Shown: positions 48,940 through 62,659 of the stretch, piece after piece
Numbering within the stretch: position 1 is the stretch's first letter
Layout: each line of letters begins with the position of its first letter
Assembly: GCF_004010195.1 (NCBI RefSeq)
Contig: NC_057718.1
Span: forward strand, 77,811,571 to 77,875,570
DNA length: 64,000 bases
Direction of reading: 5' to 3'
Source: Chiloscyllium plagiosum
Lineage: Eukaryota
Notes under the pieces: model-generated
What the model saw: only the letters and a program-made list of their open reading frames with translations
The model's database searches: none
Told to the model about the DNA's origin: nothing
Position numbers and translations under genes: made by a program

Positions 48940-49460
48940 TGAGCAATTGCTGTGCCACTCTGCTCTACACATGCTAGACTTAGATTGTGTGCCAGCATGA
49001 TGCCAAGAAGCTCAATCACTTTCATTTGAACAGTTGCAGAAGCTTCTGAAAATCAAATGGCAGGATAAAATACCTAATGCTGAAGAGCTCACCAAAGCAA
49101 ATCAATTATGGCAAGCTTGAAACTGGGAATGTGCTCTCAAGATGGTCAAAGGAAACACTACTAGGGCACTCTGAAAGCTTCAGTTAAGAGTTTTGATATC
49201 GACTTTGGAGTCCTAGATGAAGCTCATCCAGGATCACTACATTTGTTACAACCAAATAAAAAAATTGCATGTCTTCTTCAAAAGCATATGCATATGAGGC
49301 TGAAAATAAATGCAAGAAGAGGAAATCCCAAGTTGGCACTCATCCAAAACCCTGCAAGATCTTCCGATATAAATTGGTCAAGCAGTTACTCACGTAAATC
49401 CTACTGAGCACCTCAAATGGACAGCCTGGTCATCTTTGCCTCAAAGGACAAACAGACTTA
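48940..49460 (+). mobile_element. RTE-clade LINE 3' fragment
   Basis: TLLYTC*T...AKKLNHFHL...KLLKIKWQDKIPNAEELTKA. Confidence 0.75.
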
Positions 49461-50229
49461 CATAAAAATTATTAAATTGATCTATGTAATATGGAATGAA
49501 TTCACGTGTGGCGTATAGCTTTAAGATATCACAACCAGAATTAATTTCCTTGCCACAAGCTCAGAATTATATTGCCACAAGCTCAATAACAAACAGAAAT
49601 CAAATTAAAAACATATTTGGCTTTTTAATAAAATGCAGCCAGTAACTGGGAATAAACTAATGTTTGCACAGTAAGGACTTTGTTGCAAAAACAAAACTCT
49701 ACCAACAAATATAACAAACACAGCATTGGGAAAAAGCTACTTGTAATTCAATTCTGGAGTTCACTCGATGTTCCTATTCAAATATGTGATGGTATCTTAT
49801 CTCCATGATTAAATTACAGCTGCACAATTATTTCCTGCCATTCCTAGTTACACATTATTATATTACTCTTTGTTCCCTACTGTACTTATAGATATAGATT
49901 CATTATTTGAATAACCTATTTTGTTTTATTTGCAATTTTTGAAACAAAATTAGCACAAAAGTACAATATAGAAAAAAAATTACTTTTAGTTAATATACCA
50001 AAAACATATCAGACAAGAAAAATACATATTTGCTAAGTTTTTATGATATCGACATCAATTTTAAAAAGTTTATTTCAGCCCATGGGGATTTACAAATGAA
50101 TGATTATTCAGTCTGGCTACTGGGATGGCAGAGCATGAGTGTGGCACTGCACACCTTTACTTTAAAAACTTGCAGTTACTGACTATCTCTGGTCGAAGGT
50201 CAGCTGACAGAAAATTGTACATAGGAATA

Positions 50230-51210
50230 AAGGCATAGGAATGGAAATAAACCATTTAGCCCCATTAGCCTGGACAACTGTACAATGAAATTATGGTTGA
50301 TCTGCAGCCTACTGCTTTAGAACATACCCAATATTTTTTAATGCCTTTTGTTAATAAAGACCTACCAATTGACCCCAAATCAGTTGTTGTCTGCAAAAGA
50401 TTCACATTTCAACAGGCATTTGTGTGCCAAAATGTTTCCAAATTACACTACACCTTTTGGACTACTCCCCCTGTCCTAGACTCTTCAACTAACAATGATT
50501 TGTAGTTAAAATTTAAACTATCTACATTTCAGTGAATACAATCATAGTTTATATAGGCTCTTCTTGTAATTTGACACTTGGAGTCCATGCATCATTCTGA
50601 TAAATACATACTGCAATCCAAATCAATTATACCTTTCCTCAGGTGTGGTATCCAGAACTTAATAGAATATTCGAGAATTGGCATAACCCTGACTCTGTAT
50701 AATTGCAGCAGGCCTTCTACCTCTATGTATTCTAGATCTCTACGCATAAATATTAATATTTCATTAGTCTTTTGATCATTTTCTACACAGGACATTTTAT
50801 TGATCATTGTACTTAGACTCTTGAGCTTCTATGGTTTTATTGTTTTAGAGTACATTGTTTTAACTTTCCAATATTTAGAAAGCATAGTCATTTTTATTTC
50901 CAATGTTGATGACTTCACATTCGTTTAAATTGAAATCCATTTGCTACAGCTTTGCCCATTCACTTAATCTATCAATATCTCTGTAATATTATGCATCCAA
51001 CTGCACTGCTTATGTTGTTGCCCATCTCATTGTCATGAGCAAATTTTGATTTGTGGCTTTCTATCACACCATCTAAGTCATTAATAGATAAGAAAAATAG
51101 TTGTGGCTCCAACACAGATTGTTGTGGGACACAACTAATGGCACCCTGCCAATTTGAGTACCAATCCATAAACACTATTCTCTTTTTTTTTGCTGTTCAG
51201 TCAATTACTT
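50230..51210 (-). mobile_element. Degraded CR1 fragment
   Basis: ORFs 50592..50807 and 50972..51175 (VPQQSVLEPQLF..INDLD..SKFAHD). Confidence 0.85.
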
Positions 51211-51471
51211 CAACATACACATTGGTGCCAGAATTGGGGTAAGTGGGATCTGTATTGATGGGTTGGTCTCCACCTGAAGTGTGCTGGAGCCAGTGGTCTT
51301 GCAAGTCCCATAACTAGGGACACGGAGAGCATTTTAAACTGAGGGAGACAAGGGGTGATAAATCAATAGAGTCAAGAGGTATATCCAAAATATCCAAAAA
51401 AGAGATACATTAACATGAGAAACCACAAAACTGACCCTGATAAAAAGGGATAGAGAGTATGGATCCAAGAG

Positions 51472-51698
51472 GCAAAAGTGAGAACTGCAGATGCTGGAAA
51501 CCAGAGTTTAGGTCAGAGTGGTGCTGGAAAAGCACAGCAGGTCAGGCAGCATCCAAGGAGCAGGAAAATCGACGTTTCGGGCAAAAGCCCTTCATCAGGA
51601 AACTGATGAAGGGCGTTTGCCTGAAACGTTGAGTTTCCTGCTCCTCGGATGCTGCCTGACCTGCTGTGCTTTTCCAGCACCACTCTGATCTACACCCC
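51472..51698 (-). mobile_element. Fold-back mini PLE, family A; hammerhead cores on both strands
   Basis: Perfect 16-bp TSD AGTATGGATCCAAGAG at 51456-51471 and 51699-51714; minus-strand TTC-CTGATGA-A-GGGC-TTTT-GCCC-GAAACGTC at 51567-51602. Confidence 0.92.
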
Positions 51699-51779
51699 AG
51701 TATGGATCCAAGAGTCAACTAATAAATAACACTAGAATTTATAAAGAGAGTGAAGGATGAAGACGAAAGGCTCTGTACA

Positions 51780-51967
51780 TGAGTGGTGGAGGTTGGTACA
51801 ATTGTAACATTTAAAAGCCATCTGGATGGGTATATGAATAGGAAGGGCTTAGAGGGATGTGGGCCAAGTGCTGCCAAATGGGACTAGATTGGGTTGGGAT
51901 ATCTGGTCAGCGTGGACGAGTTGGACCGAAGGGTCTGTTTCTGTGCTGTGTATCTTTATGACTCTAT
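51780..51967 (+). mobile_element. CR1 3' end
   Basis: Reverse complement of 58793-58985. Confidence 0.85.
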
Positions 51968-53499
51968 ATCAATAAGTTGCCTTCAATCCCATGAACTTCA
52001 ACTTCAGTTAACAATCTCTAATAAAGTTATTTATAATGTCTTCTGGAAGTCAACATAAATAATGACCATAGACATTCTTCTGATCACTACTTTCAAAAGA
52101 TGTATTCAGCTTTAGGCATGATTTACCCTTTACGAACACAAGCTGGTTCACTCTAAGCAGCTGAAAGTTTTCAAGACGTAGGTCACTGTCTCCTGAATTG
52201 TAGACCTTAGTAACTATCGACAACAGATTTTAGGCTATCTGACCTCAAACTGGTTGAATTTCTTTTCTCACATTTTGAAAATAGCTGAGTACATGTTCAA
52301 CTTTTCAATCACAATGTAAGGATTCTAAATTGAGGGAACTATGGAAGTTTCTAGTTAAAACCTCTACAATGTTCTTATTTACTTCCTTCAAAACCGTGAA
52401 ATGAAGAAACCATCTGATAACTTGTCCCTTGCACTTGCACCTGACTACATTGTTTTTCCAAATATGATCGTAAAACTTTTATGTTAATTTGATACATATT
52501 CACATTTTGCTTTACAGTTCGTATAGAAAACAGAGTTAACATTTCAAAGCCAGTGACTCTTTAAGAATTTCTCTATCAATTTCTCTTTTTGTCACAGTTT
52601 TCATTATCTGTTTTGTCATCCTTTGCAGCTATTATTCTTTCCAAATTGTTAAAATCTGCGATTCCTTGCATTCTCACATACTTTGAAATTTTTTTAATCT
52701 ATTATCTATTTCTTCTTCAGTTAAACATGACTGTTTTCTTTAACAAATAGAGCACTTGACCCTTAGGGACATAAACCAGTTCTGTAACATACTATCTTCA
52801 TTTTGAACACTCATCATCTGTCATCATAAAAACCTAATAAAAAATGTACTCACTTACTGTGGATAGCCTCACTTAGTTCTTTAGCAGCTGCTTTGAGTTT
52901 ATCCTTTTCAGACACCATGGCCCATAATTTCTGCTGTGACAAAAACAGTGAAAATTCCTGAAAATCAGAAGTGCCGGCCTCAAAATTATCAGCTGTTTCC
53001 ATTTAAATGCCATTTTGGTATCCTAGCTGTTTGGAACACATTCTGTAGAGTATACAGGTCAGTTTCAGTACATTTCTTTTGGACAGCCAGAAATTGATTC
53101 TTGCTGTGTTATAGGAGAAAACGCTGGTTAATGTTCGAGTATCTGATAGATATTTAAGTTTTATTCTATTTTTAATGGTCAAAGTCATAAATTTTGAGCA
53201 AGAGAAGAGCATTAAAGCCACAGATTGCAGGTTTACTTGTTGTTAGATGATTGGTGGGATGATATCATAAGCCACAACATAATGAAAGTCCAGTGAAAAC
53301 TAGATGGTAGAATTTGAATATTTCTAGCCTTAAAGTAAAAGTAAGGTCTTTATTTTGTGCTTAGGTCTCTAGTCTATTTTTTTCTACCTTTTCCTTAAAA
53401 ACAACTTCAAATTACAGTAAATTGTAAAGAGTGGAGAATTCTTAAAGTGTAATGAGCAAGGCTACTACAGGAATTAATTAATAAATTAAATAAAGTAGA

Positions 53500-53930
53500 A
53501 AAATGATGGCAGGATAGGTAATACATTTCTGCTGTAGCATGTAGGAGTTGCTGGACACAAGGGTGATCTAGGGCAAAAAACGTTCAAAAGAAGTGTTTGC
53601 AGATTAAGGAACTCTGGATTCAAGTTGAGGAGCTGGAGTCTGAGCTGCAGGCATTGCAAATATAATGGAGGGAGGACTTAATGGAAACTCAGGGACACTT
53701 CACTCTAGAAGGTGATCATACACTTCAAATTTGGCTATTCAAATTTGGTCTGCAATCAGGGGCAAGAGGATGTGACCTTAGATGAGGCAGATATGGAGAA
53801 CAGGCGGACACATTTCAGGAGCTTTGGCCTTGGTAACTATCTAACATTTAAGGTTCTTGTAAACTTTGTGGACGAGAACAAGGACTGCAGGGAGGAGGAA
53901 TGAACTGACCATGACATCTTGGTACTGAAA
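53500..53930 (+). mobile_element. Degraded CR1 ORF1 N-terminal region
   Basis: CCSM*ELLD...KKCLQIKELWIQVEELESEL (zinc finger and coiled-coil pattern). Confidence 0.6.
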
Positions 53931-54017
53931 ATAATTAAGCTGGGATGGGGATGGAGATAATAGGAATGCAGTAATGGTAGTGGAAAGTATAATTTGGGGA
54001 GAACCTATTGTCTGGAG

Positions 54018-54760
54018 CTGTCGTCAAGATATCTGGTGTATAGAGTTGGTTGGAGGTCCTGTGCAGCAAGGAAGTCTTGTTAGAACTTGTGCATGAAAAT
54101 GTTGGCATATTGGAATGCAAATTTGGTCCCCATGGATGTTCCGTGTATCTGGATGAAGAACTCGTTCTAGATTAGAGTGGTACTGGAAAAGCACAGCAGG
54201 TCAGGCAGCATCCAAGGAGCAGGAAAATCCCTCGGATGCTGCCTGACCTGCTGTGCTTTTTCAGCACCACTCTAATCTAGACTCTGGTTTCCAGTATCTG
54301 CAGTCCTTGTTTTTACCACCTTGAAGAACTCGTTGTCAAAGGTGAAAATGTTGTGGTCGAGCATGAAGCGGATGAGTTGTAGGATGGTGCTCGGAGATTG
54401 GCAGTTGTTGGTTGTGAATACTGAGGCTGTTGCAGCGATGCCGTCATCGTGGGAGCTGCTGGTGTAGAGTGCTGAAATGTCCATTGTGACGAGGAATGTT
54501 CCCACTTCGACTAGACTGTGGGTGCTGCGTTTTTGTAAGAAATTTGTTGTGTTGCAACAGAAGCTGGGGGTCCCCTGTAAAATGGGTTTCAAGATGCCTT
54601 GGACATAACCAGAGAGGATCACACACAGGGCCCCATTGCCTGATATGATGGGACGTCCAGGTGTGTTGACTTTGTGTATCTTCGGAAAGCAGTAGAAGTC
54701 ACCTATGCAAGAAGTACATGGGATGAGAGCATGTAAGGAACTCTTTGGGACTGGATCAAA
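54018..54760 (-). mobile_element. Penelope-like reverse transcriptase fragment
   Basis: ORF 54272..54799 FYCFPKIHK..PGRPIIS...LVTMDISALYTS; continues past the insertion as IQIHGTSMGTKFA..YANIFM...RYLDD. Confidence 0.92.
54167..54321 (+). mobile_element. Fold-back mini PLE, family A (apex deleted), inside the PLE RT
   Basis: Perfect TSD TGAAGAACTCGTT at 54154-54166 and 54322-54334. Confidence 0.9.
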
Positions 54761-55124
54761 CCTCATACCTTTAATGCATTGTCTGAGCTGAGATGTCACT
54801 TTTTTAAATAAAATCTTAAATTATCGCAGAATGTGACTTAAAAGAAGTTCTGGGTTTTACATATTAATGAACCAAAACCTGCAACCCATTTGAAAAGATG
54901 AAAGACTTAACAACAATCTAGGTTTATTCAATATATCATTTCAGTTGCATGACACTATAATCTTTTATTTAAATTCTGTGTCTTATGGTCCTGCTCCTTA
55001 ACTACCTGATGAAGGAGCGGCACAACGAAAGCTAGTGCTTCCAAATAAACCTGTTGGACTATAACCTGATGTTGTGTGATTTTTAACTTTGTCCACCCCA
55101 GTCCAACATCGGCTCCTCCACATC
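54761..55124 (+). mobile_element. PLE family B pseudo-LTR/3' end with decayed hammerhead (~55003-55037)
   Basis: TAC-CTGATGA-A-GGAGC...GAAAGCTAGTG followed by the same terminus as 25342-25464. Confidence 0.88.
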
Positions 55125-55127
55125 ATG

Positions 55128-56010
55128 GCGGCCATTATGGACACAGGGTTACATGGAGATCAAAGCTGGGAAATATTTGCGACTTTTCAAAAGGAAGAAA
55201 AGGGTAGTGGTGATGGAATAGGTATGATAGTTCGAACTCTTGGATCAGAAGATGCAGAATCCAAAACAATGGAAGTAAAAAATAAGAGGAAGAGATACTA
55301 GTGGAAGTAGTTTGTAGGTTCATTTACACTAGTTATACCATGGAATAGAGAACAAATCAGAAGATAATGAGGGCAAGTAAAAAGGCAGTACATTAATCAT
55401 GGGTGATTTTAATCTTAATGTAGACTTGGAAATTAAATTGGCAGAGGTAACTATGAGGAAGTATTCATAAAACGTATTTAGGTTGTTGCAGAGAACAATG
55501 TGTTTTGAATCTAGCAGGGATCAGGCTATTTTGTATCTGGTAAGTGTAATGAGGTAAGTTTTTCATAGATTATATGAGAGCAAAAGATCTCCCTAGGAAC
55601 CAGCAACCGAAATACAAAATAATAGTAAACAGGCGAAAGGGTGTTGGAGTTGGGGGGAGCAGGGGGAGAGAGAAATGGAGGGGAAGCAATATGTACAATA
55701 ATTATCACTAAAGAAAAAAGTAACAGGCGGAACTAATGAGGCTAAGGGCTGTTAACTCACCTGAAGCTGATGGGCTGCGCCCTAAAATATTAAATGACGT
55801 AGCTATAGAGATAGCAGATGAACTGGTAATAATATTCCAAGAATCCTTAGATTTGGCAAAATATGGTAGAATTTAGATTTCTGTTTTAGAAGGAGGAACT
55901 TGGGGTCAAGTGCAGCTATGCTAAAATTAAGTAATGGTAACTATAAAGAAATGAAGGCAGTGTTGGCTGGAGTGGACTGGTAAAGCAGTTTAATAGAAAA
56001 GATGACAGAT
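55128..56010 (+). mobile_element. Degraded CR1 endonuclease-region fragments
   Basis: AIMDTGLHGDQSWE and IMGDFN motifs. Confidence 0.75.
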
Positions 56011-56014
56011 TAAG

Positions 56015-59000
56015 AAGACCATAAGACCATAAGATATCAGAGCAGAAATTAGGCCATTCAGCCCATCAAGTCTGGTCTGCCATTCAATCAGGGCTAATAA
56101 GTTTCTCAACCCCATTCTCCCGCTTTCTCCGCATAACCCTCGATCCCCTTGACAATCAACAACCTATCTATCTCTGTCTTAAGTATATTCAATGACTTGG
56201 CCAAACAGCCATCATTGCCACAGGGCAATGAATTCTATAGATTCACCACACCCTGGCTAAAGATGTTTCTCCTTATCTCTGTACTAAAAGGTCTTCTTTT
56301 TACTCTAAGGCTGTACCCTCAGGTCCTAGTGTCTCTGACCAATGGAAATATCTTCCCAACATCCATTTTGTCCAGGCCATTCAATATTCTATAAGTATCG
56401 ATTATACATCCCCTTTATCCTTCTAAACTCCGTCAAGTATAAACCTAGAGTCCTCAAACTTTCCTCGTGCTAAGCTTTTCATTCCTGGGATCATTCTCGT
56501 GAACCTGTTCTGAACATGCTCCAGGGCCAATATATCCTTCCTGAGATATGGGGCCCAAAACTGCACACAATACTCCAAAAGCAGTCTGACCAGAGCCTTA
56601 TAGAGCCTCAGAAGTACACGCTACTTTTATATTCAAGTCCTTTTAAAATAAAAGCCATCGTTGCATTTGCCTTCCTAACTGCTGACTCAACCTGCAAGTT
56701 TGCCTTGAGGGAATCCTGAACTAGAACACCCAAGTCTCTTTGCACTTCAGACTTCTGAATTTTCTCCCCATTTAGAAAATAGTCCATGCCTCTATTCTTC
56801 CTACCAAAATGCATGACATCACACTTTCCTACATTGTACTCCATCTGCCACTCTTTGCCCATTCCCCTAACCTGTCCAAATCCTTCTGTAGCCTCTGCAC
56901 CTCCTCAATGCCACTTGTTCCTCTACATATCTTTTCATCGTTTGCAAACTTAGCCAGAGTGCCCTCAGTTCCTTCATCTAGATTGTTAATGTATAAAGTG
57001 AAAAGGTTGGTCCCAACACTGAGCCTTGCGGAGCACCACTTGTCACTGGCTGCCATCCTGAGAAGGACCCTTTTATCCCCACTTGCTCCTTCCTACCAGA
57101 TAGCCAAGCTTCTATCCATGCTAACACCTTGCTATAATACCATGGGTCCTTATCTTACAGAGCAGCCTCCTGTGCAACACCTTGTCAAAGGCCTTCTTGA
57201 AGTCCAGACAGATAACATCCATTGGCTCTCCTTGGTTTTACATGCCATTATTTTCTCAAAGAATTCTAGCAGATTTGTCAAATCCTACCAAAGTTAGGCT
57301 AATCAGTCTGTAATTTTCCATTTTTGCCTTACTCCCTTTTTAAATAGTGGTGTCACATTAGTAATTTTCCAGTCCTCTGGGACCCTCCCTGATTCTAGCG
57401 ATTCCTGAAGGATCACCACTAACACCTCCAATATCTCTTCAACTATCTCCCTTAGAACACTGGGGCATAGTTCATCTGATCCAGGCGATTTATCTACCTT
57501 CAGGCCATTCAGTTTTTCTAGCACCTTCTCCTTGGTGATGGCCACCATACTCAACTTGAAACACTTCACAATATTTTGGGATATTACTCATGTCTTTCAA
57601 GGTGAAGACTAATGCAAAGCAATTTTTTAGTTCCTCAGCCATTTCCTTGTTCCCTATTACTATCTCTCCAGCATCATTTTGCAGAGGTCCAATGTCCACT
57701 TTTGCCATTTATATATCTAAAGAAACTCTTTCAGTCTTCCTTTATATTACTGGCTAGCCTACCCTCACATTTAATCTTCTCCCTCCTTATTTCTTCTTTC
57801 ATTCCCCTCTATTGGTCTTTGTAAGCTTCCCAATCCTTTGGTTTCCCACTACACTTCACCGCACTATCTGCTTTCTCTTTTGCTTTTATGCTATCCCTGA
57901 CTTCCCTAGTCAGCCATGGCTGCCTCATCCTCCCTATACCAGGCTTCTTTTTCCTCAGGATGAACCTTTGCTGTGTCTCCTGTATTACTCCCAGAAACTC
58001 CTACCTTTACTGTTCCATTGTTTTTCCTGTAAGGCTCCTCTCCCAGTCAATTCTACGCAGCTCCTCCCTCATGTCTCTGTAGTTGCTTGTATTCAGCTGT
58101 AAAACCAATACCTTTAGTTCTATCTTTTCTCTCTCAAATTGCAGAGTAAATTCAATCATATTATGATCACCGCCTCCTGAAGCTCCCTTATCTCCTTAAG
58201 CTCCTGTATCAAGTCTGCCTCATTGCATAACACTAAATCCAGTATCGCCTATTCCCTAGTGGACTCTACAATAAGCTGCTCCAAAAAGCATTCCACAACT
58301 TCCTTTTCTTGCAATCCACTACCAAACTGATTTTCCCTGTCCACCTGCATATTGAAATCCCCCAAGATCACTGTGACTTTGCCTTTCCTACACATCTTTT
58401 CTAACTCCTGGTGTATTTTGCACCCTAGCTCCTGACTAGTATCTGATTCTACTTCATTTCTTACTATTAATTTAATTTCATTTCTTACTAATAAGGCAAA
58501 TCTACCCCTCTACCCACTTCCTTATCTTCTCAATAGGATGTAGATTCCCTTGCAGCCACGTCTCCATGATTCCCGCCTCGTCATACCTGCTAATTTGATC
58601 TGTGCCACAAGCTCATTTACCTTATTACTTATCCTGCATGCATTCCAATATAACCGTCAGTCTTGTATTAACTGTCGCTCTTCTCATTGTCATTTGTTTG
58701 CCCAGTGTGCTTGAATTTTGATTGTTAACCCTTTACAAATATTCTGTCCTACTTCTGTCTGTGCTGAAAACTTTAATAACTTCTCTTGAGCTATAGACTC
58801 ATAGAGATGTACAGCATGGAAACAGACCCTTTGGTCCAACTCGTCCATGCCTACCAGATATCCTAAATTTATCTAATCCCATTTGCCAACACTTTCCCAT
58901 ATCTCTCTAAAACTCTTCCTATTCACACACCCATCCAGGTGCCTTTTAAATGTTATAACTGTACCAGCCTCTACCACTTCCTCTGGCAGCTCATTCCATA

Positions 59001-59295
59001 CACACACCACCCTTTGCATGAAAACGTTGCCCCTTAGGGACATCCTGTACTTCTGCACTCCCCCAACCCAGGGAGGCACTCCCCCAATCTTATCTATTTA
59101 ATGTATCCATGGCCCTTGTGATTTTATAAACCTCCATAAGGTCACCCTTCAGCTTCCTCCTCCTTTAATTTGGGTTTTTTAATTTTCCCTAAAACTTAAT
59201 CCTCCCCCCACCTATTTATTTTAACGCCCTGTCTATAGCCCTAGTTATGCGATTCGCTAGGACTCTGGTCCCAGCACGGTTCAGATGAAGACAAT
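56015..59295 (-). mobile_element. Long CR1 copy (ORF1 end, ORF2, 3' UTR), interrupted by another CR1 3' piece at ~58793-59155
   Basis: ORFs 56608-57708 (KSPGSDELCPSVLRE, VPEDWKITNVTPLFKKG, AKFANDEK); (AAGACCAT)n tail at ~56015-56035. Confidence 0.93.
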
Positions 59296-59860
59296 GGCTG
59301 ATGTTCAAGAAAATAGTTCATGACCTTTAATAAAGGCATGTCCCTATGAAGAAGAAAAATTCTAGAAAGGGGATAAAATAAACATCTTAACTGAATAAAG
59401 TAAGGATGGCATCAACTTCAAAGAAAAAAACATACAATTGGCAAAGATAAGTGGTAAGTCAAAGGATTGGGAAAGCTTTAAAAACAAACAAAGATGACCA
59501 AAGAAAGGGAGAAAATAAACTTCATGTGTAAATGAGTAAGTAACATAAAAACAGACAGTAAGAGCTTTCATAATTATATAAAGAGGAAGAGACAATATAA
59601 GAATGTGAACATAGGCCACACTGACAATGAGGGTGGGTAAATAATAATGGCAGAGGAGTTGAGTAATTTATTTGCATTAGACTTTCAAGTAAAAGACACT
59701 AATAATATCATAGTAAATACTAAATAATATTCCAAAAATCCATAGATTCAGGAAAAGTCCCAAAAGATGGGAAATTGACAATGTAACACACTTATTCAAA
59801 AAGAGGAGACGAAAACACAAGTAATTATCAGCCAGTAAGCTCAACATCAGTCATCAAAAC
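59296..59860 (+). mobile_element. Degraded CR1 ORF2 fragment
   Basis: Reverse-complement similarity to 57300-57900. Confidence 0.75.
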
Positions 59861-60159
59861 ACAATCTTGACAACAAAGGACACTATCCACCACCGCTCTC
59901 CCCCAAATTATTGAATTGCTTAAAATCAAATTTGTTGTCTTCTGAAATTCAGTTTTTAAAAAAATTCTATTACTGGCTTGCTTAAGGCTTCTTAACTTTA
60001 AATGCATGCCCTCTGCTTCCCTGATGGGATTGAAACTCAGTGAGGACAGTAAAGCAAAACTAGTGAATGTTTGAATACTTTATTAATCTGCAGATACTTC
60101 CAAAATTCTGATACTAATAGATCTTAGTGCTTTATGTTAATAACAATGAGGTAAAAGCA

Positions 60160-61680
60160 TAAGAACAGAAGACCAAAGAGCAGTAGTTGGCAATTCAGAC
60201 CCTTGAGCCTATACCACCATTTGAAAAGAATGACTTTGATCTCATTTTGGCCTCAAATCCACTTTCCTGCCCACTCTCCAAGAGCCTTCAACCTAATACT
60301 AATCATAAATGTCTATCTTCTCCTTAAAGTTTGCTCAAAGTCCAAATATCTGCTGCACTCTAGGGAACTAAATTCCACAGATTCACAAACCTTTAAGAGA
60401 AGTAATTTCTCCTCATCTCTCTTTTAAATCTGCTACCTCTTATCTTAAAACTATGACCTCTATTTCTAGATCAGCCCATATGAGGAAATATCCTTTCTAT
60501 GTCTACTTTGTTAATCCCTTTTAGTGTCTTATATATCTCAACTAGATCTCCTCTCATTGTTCTTAACTCCAAAGATTATAGGCCTAAACCGCTCAATCTG
60601 TCTTCTTAAGACAAACCCCTCATCCCTGGGATCAATCTAGTGAACTGCTTCCAGTACAATTTCATACCTCAAGTAAGGAGACCAAAATTGTTTGCAATAC
60701 TCCAGGGGCGGTCTCACTAATATCGTGTACAGTTGCAGCAACACTTACTTACTTTTATACTTTATTCCTTTCACAATAATTGCTGAAATTCTATTTGCCT
60801 TCCTAAATGTATCTGCATATTGGTTTTCTGCAATTCATGCACAAGGAAACCCAGATCCCTCTGCATCAAAGCAATCTGAAGTTTGTCTACATTTAAATAG
60901 TTAAGTTGCCTTACAGTTCCTCTGACCAAAATGGATAACCTCACACATATTCATTGCTAAATGTCATCTCCAACTTTTGGCCCATTTATCTAACCTATCC
61001 ATATCTGTTTATAAATTTCTTATTTTGTCATTGCAACTTACTCTCCCATGTATTTTAGTGTAATCAGCAAATCTAGATTCAATACTTTCTAACCCCAGTC
61101 ATTAATATAGATTATAAATAGTTGGTGTCATCTTGCCAACCAGAAAAAAATGCAATTATGCCAACTCTTGCTTTCTGTTGATTAGCCAATCTGCTATGTA
61201 AGCTAATAAATTACCCCTAACCCCATGGGATCTTATCTTGTATTTTAACTTTTTGTGCCGCACATTATAAATTACCTTCTGGAAGCTAAGATATACTATA
61301 TCTACAGGATTTCAATTATCCAATTGCTTGTTACACCCTTAAAGAACCCTCACAAATCAGACAAACAGGATTTATCCTTCATAAAGCTGCATTGACTCTG
61401 ATATTCCAAGTGTCCTGTTATTACTTCCTGAGTAAAGGACTCTAACAATTTAATAATATGCATGTCAGACTGACTAATATGTATTACCTTACTTTCTGCC
61501 TCCTTCCTTTTTTAATAAGGGTGTTATATTAGCATTTTTCCAATTCACTGGAACCTTTCCTGCGTCCAGGGATCTTTGGAATATTGTGGCCAATGAATCC
61601 ACTATCTCTACTGCCACTTCCTCTAAGATGCTCCGGACTTGTCTGTCTTCAATCCCAACGGTTTGTTCAGTACCTTTTCC
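60160..61680 (-). mobile_element. Degraded CR1 ORF2 and 3' UTR
   Basis: Colinear with 56015-57540. Confidence 0.85.
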
Positions 61681-61684
61681 CTAG

Positions 61685-62490
61685 TCATACAGTCATACAG
61701 CACAGGAACAGACCCTTTGGTCCAGCATTCCATGCCGAACATAATCCCAAACTGAACCAGTCCCACTGCTTACTCCTGGCCCATATCTCTTCAAATTTTC
61801 CTATTCATGTACTTATCCAAATGTCTATTAAACATAATTGTTCCCAGATCCACCACTTTCTCAGGAAGTTCATTCCACATGTGAACCACCTTCTGTGTAA
61901 AAATATTTGCCCTTCGTATCTTTTTCAAAACTCTCTCCTCTCACCTTAAAAATGTGTCCCCTAGTCTTAAAATCCTCAATCCTAGGGAAAAGACAAGCAT
62001 TATTAACTCTATCTATATCATTCATTATTTTATAAATTTCTATCTGATCACCTCTCAGCTTCCTACGAATCAGTGAAAAATGTCACAGCCTTTCTTAATA
62101 ACGCAAACCTTCCATACCCAGCAAGATCCTGATAAATCTCTTCTGAACCCTCCAGCCTAATAATATATAATTGAGCAAGCAGAACTGAACACTGTACTCC
62201 AGAAGAGGCTTCATTAATGTCCTGCACAATCTCAATGTGACTTCCGACCTCCCATACTCAAAGGACTGAACAATGAAGGCAAGTATGCTAAATGCCTTTT
62301 TAATCACCTTGTCTGTATATGATGCAAATTTCAAAGAATTATATACTTGCACCCTTTGGTCTCTGTGTTCTACAACACTACCCAAGGCACTGCCATCAAT
62401 TGTATAAGCCCTATCCTTGTTTGTTGTACCAAAATGCAATACTTGCATTTATCCAGATTGAACTCCATCAGCCTTTCTTCAGCTTATTGA
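61685..62490 (-). mobile_element. CR1 3' fragment
   Basis: ORF 62095..62448 (VLHFGTTN, KPLLEYSVQF); same family as 43190-44292. Confidence 0.9.
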
Positions 62491-62659
62491 AGTGGTGATG
62501 ATTGTTCTAGGTTACTCCTTTTCTATAATTTCTGCATTACCTGCAACTATTGGATGGTACTAGTGTCCTCTACCATGAAAGGTAAAGTAAGGTATCCTAG
62601 GTACTAACTTCCCAGTCTCATTCTCCAAGGGACGAATATTCACTTCAGCTACTGGAAAG

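Noticed and set aside
51222..51360. TGGTGCCAG PBS-like start followed by a purine tract
   Set aside because: The match to a tRNA 3' end is too short and no flanking LTRs are visible.
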